A DNA stretch of 53,406 nucleotides, counting the filler, from Bipalium vagum (Eukaryota): the NCBI GenBank assembly GCA_037834085.1. It is 3 parts of 3 records of this genome, joined end to end, with 100 filler letters (N's around TTAATTAATTAA, not from the genome) between each part and the next. Parts side by side here need not be neighbours in the genome. Positions count along the whole stretch, not along the records: positions 21,020 to 37,663 come from JBBMKC010100667.1; 2 more parts are not named here. One strand, written 5' to 3'. Below the pieces are notes generated by a model. The model saw only the letters and a list, made by a program, of their open reading frames with translations. It did not search any database and was not told the DNA's origin. Each line of letters begins with the position of its first letter. The stretch's first letter is position 1. A program made the position numbers and the translations under genes. This document shows, in pieces, positions 24,670 to 37,763 of the stretch.

Positions 24670-25089
24670 GAAAAGAGGCTTATGGGGCATATTTACCAAA
24701 AATAAATAAAGATAAAATTTATTTACCCAAAATAAATATTCGCTAGCAATCGTTAACAATATTAGAAATATCGCGATAAAATTAGCAAAATATATTTGAG
24801 TAAAAATAAATATTCGCCAGCAAGCACTAGCAATATTAGAAAGAGTGCGATAAAATTGATAAATAATCATTAAGCCAATCAGGAACATCAAAGGCTGGAA
24901 ACAGGACTATATAAGCCCCTGTTTTCAGTCATAAAATCAGACAAAATTTTTATCCAGAGAGGACACGAGATTCCAAGGTAATAAACCCTTCAAGAGAATC
25001 AAGATAAATCAAAAGACGAATTAATACGATAATAAAAAATTAAAAATAATAATTAATTAAAATTTCATTAACTTACTAATTTTCCAACA
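24670..25089 (+). mobile_element. Probable polypurine tract plus 3' LTR of an LTR retrotransposon
   Basis: GAAAAGAGG is followed by TG (24683) and later CA (25089). A 74-bp-period tandem duplication (24729/24803), CCAAT (24875) and TATATAA (24908) lie in U3-like order. No pol motif was seen nearby. Confidence 0.4.
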
Positions 25090-25219
25090 TCTGTTTTCTG
25101 TCTTCTTATACACCCTACTCTACTAACCTCTAGGGCTTAGAGTAAGACTTTTAATTTTAAAAGAGAACTCTTCAATTTTTCAACAATCAAGAGAGAAAAA
25201 TAATAATCTTTTCAAATAA

Positions 25220-25263
<44 letters not shown>

Positions 25264-25899
25264 TAATAAAATGTGTGCAGTTGTTATAAAGAGTTGTGGA
25301 TAAATTGTAATAAATCAAATACATATTTTTAAGCAAAGTGAAAATTTAGTTTTTTCAAATTCTCTTATTAAATTCACTTCTTTCTGAGAAGTTGGTGAGC
25401 TCTAGTAATTAAAACAAATAAGTCGAGGCAGTATAAAACCCCAACAGTATTAATATCTTTAACGAATATGGTTTCAAAAAATAAGAATATACCTTATTGA
25501 AACTATGGGTGAACTGTGGAGAATTTTCTCTCTCTATATAAAATTTTTGTAGTACTTGATTCTATCAACATTCCGTTAACTGGAGTTAAATTCTTAATCG
25601 AAGAATGAAAATACTTTTAAGAACCTTCGAAATTACCTTAGAATTTCAAGTATCTTTCAAGTAAGAATTTAATTTCTTTTAAAGTTTAAATCTTTTTAAT
25701 ACATACATATTTTTACACAAAAAATTGATTGTTTTTAATTAAAATTACTTAATATTTTTGTTATTATTATTATTTTTTGGGTTCTCTGACTTTTTTGCGC
25801 CCCTTATATGCTTTTGAGCAAGCCCAATATATTGATAGAGAAAATTAGTAATAATTATATTGAAAAATCAAAATAAGAATAAAAAAATATGGAAATAAA

Positions 25900-26640
25900 G
25901 ATAAAGGGCATGGTTACCGGTTAGTACAACGACCAACTGGGTTCCTGTGTTAACAATGAATTCCTTAATAGGTCTTTCGTTGTTGACCAAGGTTTACGAA
26001 ACCGGACATCCTTTCAAAAAATTAAGAGACATACTAACAAATTTGCTGAATAATATATATATAAATACTTCAATATATTTTCATTGAAACTCTTCAGGTC
26101 TGAGAGCTGTATTTTTGCCACACACTAGCCAACCCATGCAAAGTCCCAGGGCTTAAAATTTGCTTATCATTCACAGAGCCCAATCAGGACTTACAACTTT
26201 GTTGAGCCATTGCCAGAAACTGCAGAAGTACACTGTTTCATATTAATATGTGCGATGATAGCCAAAATTATTTCCTTCAAGATAAAATGAAGATTGGCTC
26301 TAGTTTTAGAAATAAGCGAACCTTTCAGGAAATTATGTTGTTATTATTTTCGATGACAAGATTACATTTAGGTCTTCTGGATCTCGACTGTTTTCGAGCG
26401 AACTGTTGAGGTTGAGTGATAGTCCAAGGAGCCAAATTAACGAAAGTGGTAATTCTTGTTTTGATTTCCTATTGATTTTTGTTTTAGGTATTTTAATTTT
26501 TTCTTTTATTCTTCAATTTCCACTTAATCTATTGATTTTCTATATAATTTGTTTGACTGGGGTTTATAATTCATTTATATATATTTAATTATTTTTTTGT
26601 TATTTAATTACCGGAAGAGGAACCTTGACGCTGTTGCTGA
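25900..26640 (-). mobile_element. Possible 5' fragment of an RLE-type non-LTR retrotransposon (zinc-finger/Myb-like remnants)
   Basis: This block is GC-richer than its flanks. Minus-strand remnants read VCGK (~26120) and RKPWS (~25995), with frameshifts. Confidence 0.3.
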
Positions 26641-26959
26641 TTTTAAACAGACTATTTGAGATGAATACTAACTATTTGATTCAATAGTGATAGTATTTTT
26701 GGTTCTGTTTTAATTAAAATATATGTATGTTTGTGTTTTCGCTCTAAGTTTTTTTGCAAAGATTTTTTACTGGAAATGAAAACTGGAAATACTTTTATAA
26801 TACTAAAAGAAGAAAATTGATATCTGACCCCGTCAAACTGTCCAACTCGACACAAAATCGAATATTCAATATCAGAAAGTATTGCTCTGTATATGGTTGG
26901 ACAAAAATGGTGTAATATATCATAATTTGTTAAAAATTACTAACTTGCTAAACTTTACA

Positions 26960-27230
26960 AACCACTGTTGATAGATTTGAGCAAGGAATAAAAAACTGAG
27001 CAACCTGAATATACAAAGAGGCACAAAAAGTTTTCTTCCATCACATTAACGACCAACCACATGTTGCAAAGATTGTGAAGGCCGATTTGGAAGATCTTGT
27101 TTTGGATTTTTTAATTCACCACACATTGGTACGAGGGACTATCATTTGTTTCGATTGATGGCACTTGACTTTCGAAGCAGTACTTCGACAGTCGAAAAAA
27201 AAATAGAAAAATGGCTCAATGGATCACATC
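26960..27230 (+). mobile_element. Mos1-like mariner transposase fragment
   Basis: Frameshifted QPEYTKRHKK.FFHH.N..PHVAKIVKADLEDL...LIH, DYHLFR.MA and IEKWL match the mariner catalytic domain. Confidence 0.75.
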
Positions 27231-27603
27231 GAAAGACCAGTGATCGAATATGGACCCTTATATTAAAACCAAAAGTTTAGAATTGAATATTAATATAAAT
27301 CACATACTTAATTTATAAATAACTTTTTGTTTATATTAGTACCCAATCACTACATTATTATTTCAATATAATTTAACTAATTAAAAATTTACTCATATCA
27401 CTAATTATTAATAAATACTTTCGAGATAATTTCTACACAATCTTCTTGATTAAGAGGTATTTTTATAATCGGTTTAGTTTTTAGTTGTAATTACATTTAG
27501 AGAAATAAATTAAATATAATACTTTAATTATTTTTAAAATTTTATTATAAAATTACGAGTTAAATATTATAACTATATTTTTCAGAAATTTAAGTTACTC
27601 TAA

Positions 27604-27605
<2 letters not shown>

Positions 27606-27668
<63 letters not shown>
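27606..27668. repeat. (TAA)n microsatellite
   Basis: This is a perfect TAA array; a shorter one lies at ~25225-25262. Confidence 0.95.
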
Positions 27669-27669
<1 letters not shown>

Positions 27670-30600
27670 TAAAATTTTATTAATAAAACAAAGTATTAAA
27701 CATCTATCGATTATTTTAATAATTAAAATTATTACTAGTCAGAAATGTGTCAATCAAGAATATAACGAGGAAACGAAATTAGATTCGTTAGATTAAATAT
27801 CTTTTAGCAACAAATACCAAATAAAAGTCAACCAAAAATCAATTAAAGAAAATTTGGATCATGTTTCTTTTTGAAAATCGTGGTCAAAATAAAAATATGA
27901 TGTTAATCGATGTTCAAATTAAAAAGACAAGGACAATTATAAATCTAAGTATTTATAAAATACAAATCTGCTTGTGGATTCTTTTGAATGTTTAATCCAT
28001 TCGTACAGGGATGATTGTAGAACTGTACCATCTGACTCTATTCTTTTCAAATGAGCACCGGTCTCCCTGTTCACAAAATTAATTTTATAATTCACCGTTA
28101 GATGTGAATAGTTGTTGAACGATGGGTCTGGAAGTAATGGGTAATAATATTGTGGATTTTCGATCTTCGATTAACTGTAAAAAATAGTTGCTATTAGAAT
28201 AATTAAGCAAATATATCATTATCTCCACAGCGAGATTTTGATAAATGCTTTTAATATTTTAAAAAGTTTTCATTAATAATATTATTAGTATTAATATTAA
28301 TATTATTATTATTCATCTTAATGGTTTGTGACTTTGGCAAACCGAACATAATCGTGAATCAAAAAGAGTAAATTACTTACTCAGAAGCAATAAATTTTTT
28401 CACTGAAATCTTCAAATACTTAATTCTTTGAATGATCAATTCTTCCGACGATGTCTTTTAAAAAAATCAATAAATTGTTGTATGTATCACAATATGTATC
28501 ACTATATGTATCACAATATGTATCACAATAAATATAAAATAAAACTGTTTTTCTTCTCGGCGAATTTCTCAAATGACATCCTTGCCTCTATAGAAGTAGA
28601 GATTGGCCAACAACCGCCAATCGCTACTATTAAAATGCTATTTCCTCTGATAGCCTAAAATTTCCTAAATTATGTTAGAAATATCTCGAGAATTGATGCA
28701 TAAATTTTTCTTTTAACAATTAATTATTATCTCAAAGACGAGATAACTTGATATTTTTATAAGTTTTAAAATTATTATAATTATCATTAATTAATTAATT
28801 AATTAATTTTATTATTATTACAGACCCTTAATTATTATTATTGATCCTTAGTGGTCGTTCCATTGGCGAACCCAATAATAATAATAATACTATAAAAATA
28901 TAAAATTATAGATATTAACAATTAAAATTACCGAACGAAAACTTTATTTAGAGAATAGTTTGAGTTTGATTTTTCAATCGACGTAATTAAATAAACAATA
29001 TTTTACGAATTAATTAAGCATTTTTATTCGTAAATAATCAAACACAATTTCTGAACAAAATTTTATTAGAACTACAGAAATCTAAATTTATTTTTAGAAA
29101 TAATTATATTTGTTTTCATTCAATAAAGTTTATTGTTAATCAAATTATTTAGCAAGAAATTATGGAAAAATAAATGAATACACATAGACCGAACTATCAT
29201 AAAAAGGTTATTTTTAAACTCATTTTCTGAAGAAACATGAAAAAAAATAATAAAAATATTTTAAAACTCATTCTCCCACGAAAATCTCCACCGTGAATTC
29301 CCACTAATTCTGTAATACATTTTTTTTGTATAAAATTATACATCAATACAAACGCCCCCATGTCACGTTGAACGTGAATAAAATAAAAACTATTTTTATT
29401 TATATATCAACAATAAGACTTTAATATTGTAAATAAAAAAAATTGTTTTTTCATCTTTAGAATCCGTCTGTTTTGTGAACTCTATTTTTACAGAGGTTCT
29501 CGATGAAATTTTTTGTCGTAGAAATTCGTGTCACAATTTACAGAGAAAATTTCCCGCAATGAAATCTATCAAATTACAACCAAATGAAAAATGAAGAAAA
29601 TCAGTCTGTGAACATCTAAAAATAATAACGTGTAACCACAAATCATCAACAACAATGAGTATGAGACTGCATTCTACAACGTTCACTGAAACACAGAGGC
29701 CGATTCAAACGAATCGGTTACAATGTACACGAAGAGCAGCTATAAGATTTGCCTTGGTGGAAAAAAAAACGAGGATCAGAAAAAATACACCGTTGGTAAA
29801 AAGAAATATAGTAAATATTTACATTCTAAAACGATTCTATGATTACACACACCGCCAGATGACTAAGGACGGCCATTTTCAAACGAGAACCAGCATCGAA
29901 GAAACACACATGGCATGACGCATCCATCATGTTAGCTTGTGATGATTTGTTATGGAGTTTCGGTACTGGAGAATGATGAATACGGAAATCACACAATAAA
30001 ATTGTTGAATTATCAAAACGACTGCAACAACAAAAACATTGTTATTTACTTAACTCGTCATCAAGTACCAATCAAGTATTGTTGTTTTATGTTGCCCGGT
30101 TTATTTTTAGACCTTTGAAATTATAAGACGTCATTAGCGAAATATTTGTGATTATTAAAACAAAATTAATTTTTGTTTGAATGATTTAAAAATAACGATT
30201 ATTTTCAGATAAAACTTAACGAATAGAATATTTTCTTTTCAAGACTGGTCCATTTTAGTTAATAATAAATAAATAATAATCTATTATATTGAATACTATA
30301 TAAAAATGGTTCACTATTGCAAAGTTTTGTTAAAATATATATCAATAAGACCCCACGTAAAATCATTTGAACATCAATTCCATTTTATTTACTTAAAAAA
30401 ACCTATCGATTATGAACATCAATATAGAAAATAACAAAAATACAGCTAACACAGTGTACTAAAAATCCTTCAAAGCACATATTCAATACTATATAGATGT
30501 TTGTTTGTTTAATAGTTCAAAACGAAAAAATCAAAGGATAAACACATGTTGGTTTGTTGTTGCTCAAAATAATTAAACAAAAATAAATCCCATTTTAATA

Positions 30601-31652
30601 AAACAACAGTTCTCAATTCAAAATCGCCAGATGGACATGGACCATCTCGATAACAGAAAAAACAAATCCTTTTCTTTTCCAAAGAATTCAAACGAAATGT
30701 GTTTCGAGAGACAGAGAGAGAGAGAGAACGAGAGAACCAAAAATGATCAGTCCATCAGCACAAAATCACCACCAAACAACGTGTACCACCAGTGCAACGC
30801 ACTCATATCATCATATATAATTGTGAATAACTACAAATCAATAATAATAATAATATAACAAACAAATAAAATACAAAAATAACATCAAATTCAAGAGATG
30901 TATACATCTAATAATAATTAATATGACAATAAACTTTTACTGTGCTGAACAAAAAAAGAACTGTTACAAGTCATAGCAATCCATAGCAATTGCCAAAATT
31001 TAGATCGTCTGCCTTCGCTGCTTACTTCTCCCTTTTTTTCTGACAAATCGATATGAATGAAAGACCAAGTAGATTTTTACCAAACACATTAATATAATAC
31101 TGCAAAGAGGAAGAAATATATTTTCTTCTCCTTCTTACAGAAAAATTTGTGGGAAAATAATCGATATATAATGTGAATAGTCTAAAGTATGTAATTTCAT
31201 ATAGAGAGAGATATAAATATATACATTTATATAGGAAAAAAAATTATCCGTGACGAAAGCTTTTTTTTGTAATTCGCTGGGAGATTTTTCACTTTTCTCT
31301 GGTTGATGTCTTCTCTCTTTTTCTTGTTCATTCATTTCAGTAAAAAATCACCGAACACAAAATTCTGCGCTTTGTATTGAAAATTAAAACAAAAAGATTT
31401 TTTACAACACTCTTTTTTCGCGTGGAACCCACTCTAAAGTCAGTTCGAAATGTGTGAAATGTGTAATGTACAAATAATAATGATGGTTTTTACAAAAAAA
31501 AACACCGCAAAAAAAACAGAAAAAAAGAAAGAAAATGCACAAATATTTTCACAGTTTTTTGTCATACAGAACACAATAGAACGCGATTTTCACGAATCGT
31601 TTCCCGCTTGTCTTTTGTATTTAGTTTATTTTTTGTACATAAATGCATAATT

Positions 31653-34551
31653 TTATTTCCAGAAATTGAAATATGGTTTGGGAGGTGGCGTATTGGGACT
31701 GCTGGAACTGGAAGAGTTGGAAGCGTCCAACTTCAGTTCATTGCGTCTTTCGTTTTCTGCCGTAATTTTACGGGCAATTTGTTCAACTTGGGTAAACGAA
31801 AGGTCTTTCGATCTTGGCTCCAGTCCTCTTTCCAAATCGTTATAGTAACGTTCCAGTTGACCGAGAAAATTGAAATTGGGCTCAACTATAGATCGTTTGG
31901 ATTGCAAATACGTGATCGTTTGCAAAACGGAAAGTTTCGTATGGTTCAACAAATACGCAGCCACAATTGTAGCAGAACGAGAAACACCAGCCCAACAGTG
32001 AACAAGAACCTTACCATTCTCCAAATATGCTTCATCTGAAATATGGGATTAATAAAAATAGCTGACACCATGATATTTTTCTCTCCATTTTCCAATTAAT
32101 TCCATAGCACAGCTCCCCCAACATTATTATCTGTTCTGATATTAGGCCTCTTTAATATTTTCATGCTCAACTTAGTTTTTCTTTTTAATTATATCAAGTT
32201 TAATATTCATTTTTTATAGTAAAATATTTCGAAGTAGTTCGATATTTATAACGACATAATTTATCATCTGAAACAAGCAATTTTAAGGTATTAACTATCA
32301 TCACAAAAAGCTTTTTGATACTAATACAAAGTGAATACCATGTTAACTAAAACTGTAATATTTTGCCATCGAAGATGATGATAGTTTCAGTGAACTAAAA
32401 ACTTTACAAAGCCTTACAAAAATAAAGAAAAGATATCATATAATACGAAATTGAACTATCTTAACTGATCTAAGACTCTAATTCCAACCCTTAAATAACT
32501 TTTAATCATTTTAAATTTCCTTATTTAACGTTTTACACAAGTCTTATTTGCATATTTAATAATCAGATATGTTTATCAATCATTATCGATTACTTTATTC
32601 AAATTTTAAAATTTATCAATAAGAAAAGATAAAGTATTTCTCTGTGAAATTAAAGATACGAAAAAGTTTTTTTCGTGGAATTGATTCGGATTTTGAAAAT
32701 GAATTCCTGAAATAAATTCAACCAAGAACATATATCATTCCAAGATTATCTTTTCCCTAATCACCATAAGAGAAATGGTTAATTTTAAACAGGTCTAACC
32801 ACAGAACAAGTTACTTAAATAAGACAACCAACACAAAAACGTGTAACTACCAAATGTAACACCTTATATAACATTCATATTTATCGATCACGGACCGAAT
32901 TCAGTACTCGGGGGAGCTGCTGATTGGAAAACGGCTGTTCATACAAAAAATCAATTGACTCGTCATTACTTATAAAATTAATTGCTTCGTGATAATAAGC
33001 CCGTAAATCTTGCCTATTACAATCAGTAGCTGAAAGACGTTTATAGACAAATAAATTCTCGTGATAAAAAGGCACATTGGTTGTTACATTTAGAATGTGA
33101 GTGATTTTCTTTTCCTGTAATATCTCAAGATCATTGGAATCCATTTCGTTACCTGAACAAATCTTTTATTATTTCTGCTTTATTATTATTATTTAATATT
33201 ACTTTATTATATATTTATTAGGTTTATTATTTATTTAATAATATTTAATATTCATATTTATTTATTATTATAGTTGTTATTTATTATTGTTTTATTATTT
33301 TTATTAATTTTTTTCAATTTTAAAAATAATATTTAATAATTATATTTATAATATAAAAAACCTTGTAATTACGTTAATGAAAATGAAAAAAGTACAAAAT
33401 AATGATATCATTATAATAAATGAACAATAAAAAAATAATTATATCACAAAACAATTGTGAAGTAGTTAGAAATGGTTAACGACAAAGGTTCATTGATAAC
33501 TGACATATCTGTACAATTTGTGACATAATAATGATGATAATTATTATTGGATTTTTACAAACTCGATTACACAATAAACAATTAAACCACTTACCTAAAT
33601 AGAGAAATGGTAATATTTCCGACATTGTCGCATTCAAAACATCAGTAGACCGATTAGTTTCGTTCGTGGGACTGAAATGGTACTGGTCGATTTTTTCCTC
33701 CGGAATGCTCGACTCAACAAATCCCTTCGGTGAATATTTGATAAAGCTTTCATAACCTCCTAACAATGTAAAAATTCGTCATTAAAATCGATATAAAACA
33801 CAATATTTCAAATTAAGTGGGCAAAAACACGATCAATTGTCATTATTGATCTAGGATCAATACTTCTCTTGCTGATCCTGTGAAACGTGAGATTTGAACT
33901 GACTGATTGAATGATGGTTCAACGTCAGCTAAAATAACAAATCGATAATCTTTTGTTCATCATTAACAACATGACAATCAATACTAATAACTTTCCCAAA
34001 TCGTATAAAATAAAATCACCTGTCAACAAGTACGTGGAATCGAAATCCTTTCGAATATGGTCAAAAAAGTCCGTTATATGGACGTTCTTTTCGCCCTTTT
34101 GATTGTAAATGACAACCGATTCAAAATGACTGTTTCGCTGATAGAATTTGTCCCAGTTCTTTTTCGCTTGTATCATCATAGCTCTCGATGTACAATTGAA
34201 CAATTCAGCATTGACCAGGTGGCCATTTTTGAATGTTCTCACGTCTCGAGTATCGATCAACAGCAACGGATCTTGACGTTTCAATTTGGAATCCAACTCA
34301 ATTGGTAAAATTTCCGTCAGTTCGGTTTGGTGATAGTTTCCAATTTGAATTTTATCGATTGCAGCTTCCATAACATTGTTAACAAATGATTTCTGGGGAT
34401 TGTAATCGAAATCTTTGATTTTAATAGCGCGATCCGTTTCGATGGCATCCATCACTTTTAATTTACCATTACAATGGAATGACGATTTTTTAAATTTATC
34501 GTTTTTCGATTGTTTCGGAAAATTCCGTTTGGACACTAGTACACTATTCAT
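31653..34551 (-). CDS. DUSP10: Dual-specificity MAP kinase phosphatase, DUSP10/MKP5-like (rhodanese + DSP domains)
   Basis: Exons 34551 (or ATG 34452)-34020, 33759-33595, 33152-32970 and 32035-31653 splice in frame. The rhodanese part reads LLIDTR..F.NGHLVNA..VVIYNQ..YLLTGGY. The catalytic part reads SEILPFLYLGNE..ITHILNVTT..YKRLSATDCNRQDL and VLVHCWAGVSRSATIVAAYL..KRSIVEPNFNFLGQL. The NVTT and YKRL.ATD motifs are DUSP10-typical. Confidence 0.92.
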
Positions 34552-34642
34552 CGAAATAGAAAATTATAGAACAAGTTTATTTGGATTGGTTTTATTATAT
34601 CATTATAAATAGATAATACGTAGTTGCTAAAAATATAACCCA

Positions 34643-37260
34643 CCTGATTGGTCCGATTTGAAAAGTTTAATACTGTCACCCTAGATACATTGAGTTTTAA
34701 AGAGCAATAAACAAATCGTTAAGATATCATTTATTTAAAACCAGCTGGAAATTAAATTGATGTATTATGCGTTCATCAAGTTTTTATTTATTTATTTGAC
34801 AATCACGATTTTTTCTTTTCACACAACTTTATGTTTTAATACTAAAGGTAGAACAAGAATAAAGTTTTGAATGAGTATTGTGTTGTATTTTGTGTGTTTA
34901 TACAAAAGTATATGCCAATTTGATATCATTATTTATGAATTTTTTTTAAAGTCACACTTTATTAGTTAAATACTAAAGATAAAAATATTTTTTAATTTGA
35001 AAAGGAAATCTAAGACTTAATTAATAAAATTTTAAAAAAATATTCGTTGTGATCAAATTAAACTTTCAAAGGTCTGAAGATTTTTAGCACTGAATTCTTG
35101 AATTTAGTGAATGGGCAAAGAAGTTGATTTTGATTTATTAAAACATTAAAATGATGAATAAATTTATATATATATTTAAATATTTATAATAAACTGTTTG
35201 TCAAATTGAAATTGAGTTATTTGTGACAGTTTTTAAAAATATTTTAATATAAACAATAAAATTAAAAAATATAATTTAAAAAATATAAAAGAAAAAAATT
35301 TCAACACATGAACAATATAAAAAGTTAAGATATTGCAATTCTTCAAAAAATTATAAATATGAATAAAAGTCTTGAAAACAAAATTGGAACTTAGCAATCA
35401 TTTCATTTTTTAATTTTTAAAACTTTTTTCAACCGATTCGTTTTTCGTTGTAATATTCTTGTAGTTCACAAATAAAGTAAGAAGTTGATTTTGATCGGTT
35501 AAAAAGGTTAATACAATAATATCTTTTCGATTGGGTGAAACGAAAATGTTATCTAAATTGAGCAGGGATCCAATTTAGAGACAAATTGGAATTTTATTTC
35601 GTTCAGAAAATAATACAAGATGCTAAAAATCTTATTAATAGCTATGGTCTTCATGCAAAAACTTTAAAATAAAATTATATTTTCTTCAATATGATTTATG
35701 AAGAGAAAATAATTTATATAGATAATTTTGAAAGTCAAGAAAGCCTTTTGGAACTAATAAATGGAATGAATGTTTAATCGAACAATTCAAAATGTAAATT
35801 ATGTTTTTGTTTTACTAATGAATGCTTTAAAAATATAGCCTATAAATGAATAGTCCTGGTGCTAGATATTGGTTGTTTGTTATTCATAGAATCCACTTAT
35901 GTAAAATATGCTATGTAAATATATAAATATATTATTTATCATCTACAACAAATATTCAAAGAAAGATTAATGAATCACAAAAATAGATCACAATTGATGA
36001 ACAGAAGACAATTCAATCATCGAAATAATAATATTTTACGTCATTATGAAAATGGCTACGTTTAACTAAAAAAAATTTTATTTTGTAATTATTATTATTT
36101 TTAAATTAATTAAATAAAAGTAATTATTTATTAATAAATCATTATTTGGATAAAATTAATTTTAACTTAAACAAAACTATATTATTTATTATCAATTAAA
36201 ATGTGATAAATACTTAATATAGTCCATAAAATGTACAATCTCAATATAATAATTTCTATTTAGAAAGAAAATCATATTAATAGCTAACAAAATCTTATCA
36301 TAATTTTCTAACTTAAAACTGACATAACAGCTGACATACTCTGAAGCTGTTAAAAAAATTCAAAATCTTTCACATCCTGCCCTTCAGTTTATACTGAAAA
36401 ATTTGAAACAAAATTTTAAAAAAATCACCAAAAATTAAATCTTAATCAAATTGCAAGGCATTGCTCAAATCTGTAAAAATAAAAACTAGAAACAAATCTG
36501 CAAATTAATTGAAAAGAACCGCCATCAATGTGAAAGTGTACCTTATTGAAAATATCAAGATTTTATGTAATCTGAATTATCTTTTATTATTGTGTACAAA
36601 TTGAAAATGACGATTTTTTAAAAGTGCAAAAACGTTTATTTTATCAAAACTAAAAAAAGCTTTTATTCAAAGAAATTTTCATTGCTTTCTAAATTTGTGA
36701 ATAACCTAAAAATAAACTTTCTGTTTAAATACAATCTTGATTCAATACTTTGAATTCATTTAGAACATTATTTTAGCATATTTGAAAAATTTTAATGTGT
36801 TAAAATTGTTTCAGTATTATATAACCTTGAGCTCACAATTTACTGACTCTATCACTTATGTCTCTAACATGCTCTTTTAATAATGACTGATATAATCAAT
36901 TAACAATAATCATTAAATATATCAAACACTAGTTTACAGATACAGGTCAAAGTATCAACAAAAAAAGTAATTGATTAAAAAATAATGACAAAAGTATACA
37001 ATGATCTCACTGTTCAGGATGAATAGATAATCTTCAAATTGTAAAAGAAAGAAATTATCTTAATCAATTAAAAAAGTAATAAGTAGTTCAAAATACACAA
37101 TCAGAAAATAACTAAAGAATTGCCAAAATAAATAATTAAAATAATATATTGTGGAAAAGAAACAAAAAAGCACTCACCGACAGCTAGCGATTCGTTCTTT
37201 TCTATCTATCTGGCTTGAACTGATACATCTATAGACGACCAACTAGGACAGTACTCATTG
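34643..37260 (-). other. Probable 5'-UTR exons of the DUSP gene (34680-34644 and ~37260-37178)
   Basis: The minus strand shows TAG|GGTGACAG...CCAATCAG|GTGGGT and a GTGAGT donor at ~37177, downstream of a CCAAT cluster. Confidence 0.45.
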
Positions 37261-37449
37261 TTGAAATCTGTCATATCATGATATAAAGGAAAAAAACCAA
37301 TTTACCTAAATTAACAAATGGATTCTCCAAGTTTTAATTATTTTTCAAATCTCCTGACAATTATTCCAGTGATCTGAAAAATATAAAAAAAACACTTGCA
37401 ACAAAAATTTTACTCTATAGCAGTCCATAGAGGACTCCATTCCTTTTCT

Positions 37450-37540
37450 TATTGGCCAACCAATCACTCAATCGTTGGCCAATTTCTAATTACGGGGCGT
37501 CTATTCCTCTTTTGATCCACAAGTTCTATTTTTACCAATC
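37450..37540 (-). promoter_or_regulatory. CCAAT-box cluster, candidate DUSP promoter
   Basis: ATTGG/CCAAT occurs at ~37451, 37460, 37479 and 37535, about 200-280 nt upstream of the putative first exon. Confidence 0.45.
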
Positions 37541-37591
37541 TGTCCCTAATTGCGGACTGATACAATCTCGATGCCGAGATTTGATATTATT

Positions 37592-37595
<4 letters not shown>

Positions 37596-37663
<68 letters not shown>
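37596..37663. repeat. (ATT)n microsatellite at contig end
   Basis: A perfect ATT array runs into the N gap. Confidence 0.95.
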
Positions 37664-37763
37664 NNNNNNNNNNNNNNNNNNNNNNNNNNNNNNNNNNNNN
37701 NNNNNNNTTAATTAATTAANNNNNNNNNNNNNNNNNNNNNNNNNNNNNNNNNNNNNNNNNNNN
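37664..37763. other. Scaffold gap with artificial spacer (N44-TTAATTAATTAA-N44)
   Basis: It is exactly 100 nt, identical in structure to 20920-21019. Confidence 0.95.

Noticed and set aside
28481-28530. Short direct repeats (also 10887-10931) as CRISPR-like arrays
   Set aside because: They are simple tandem duplications without spacers, in a eukaryotic context with no cas genes.
37452-37715. Poly-Leu ORF
   Set aside because: It is an artefact of the (TTA)n microsatellite and the gap.
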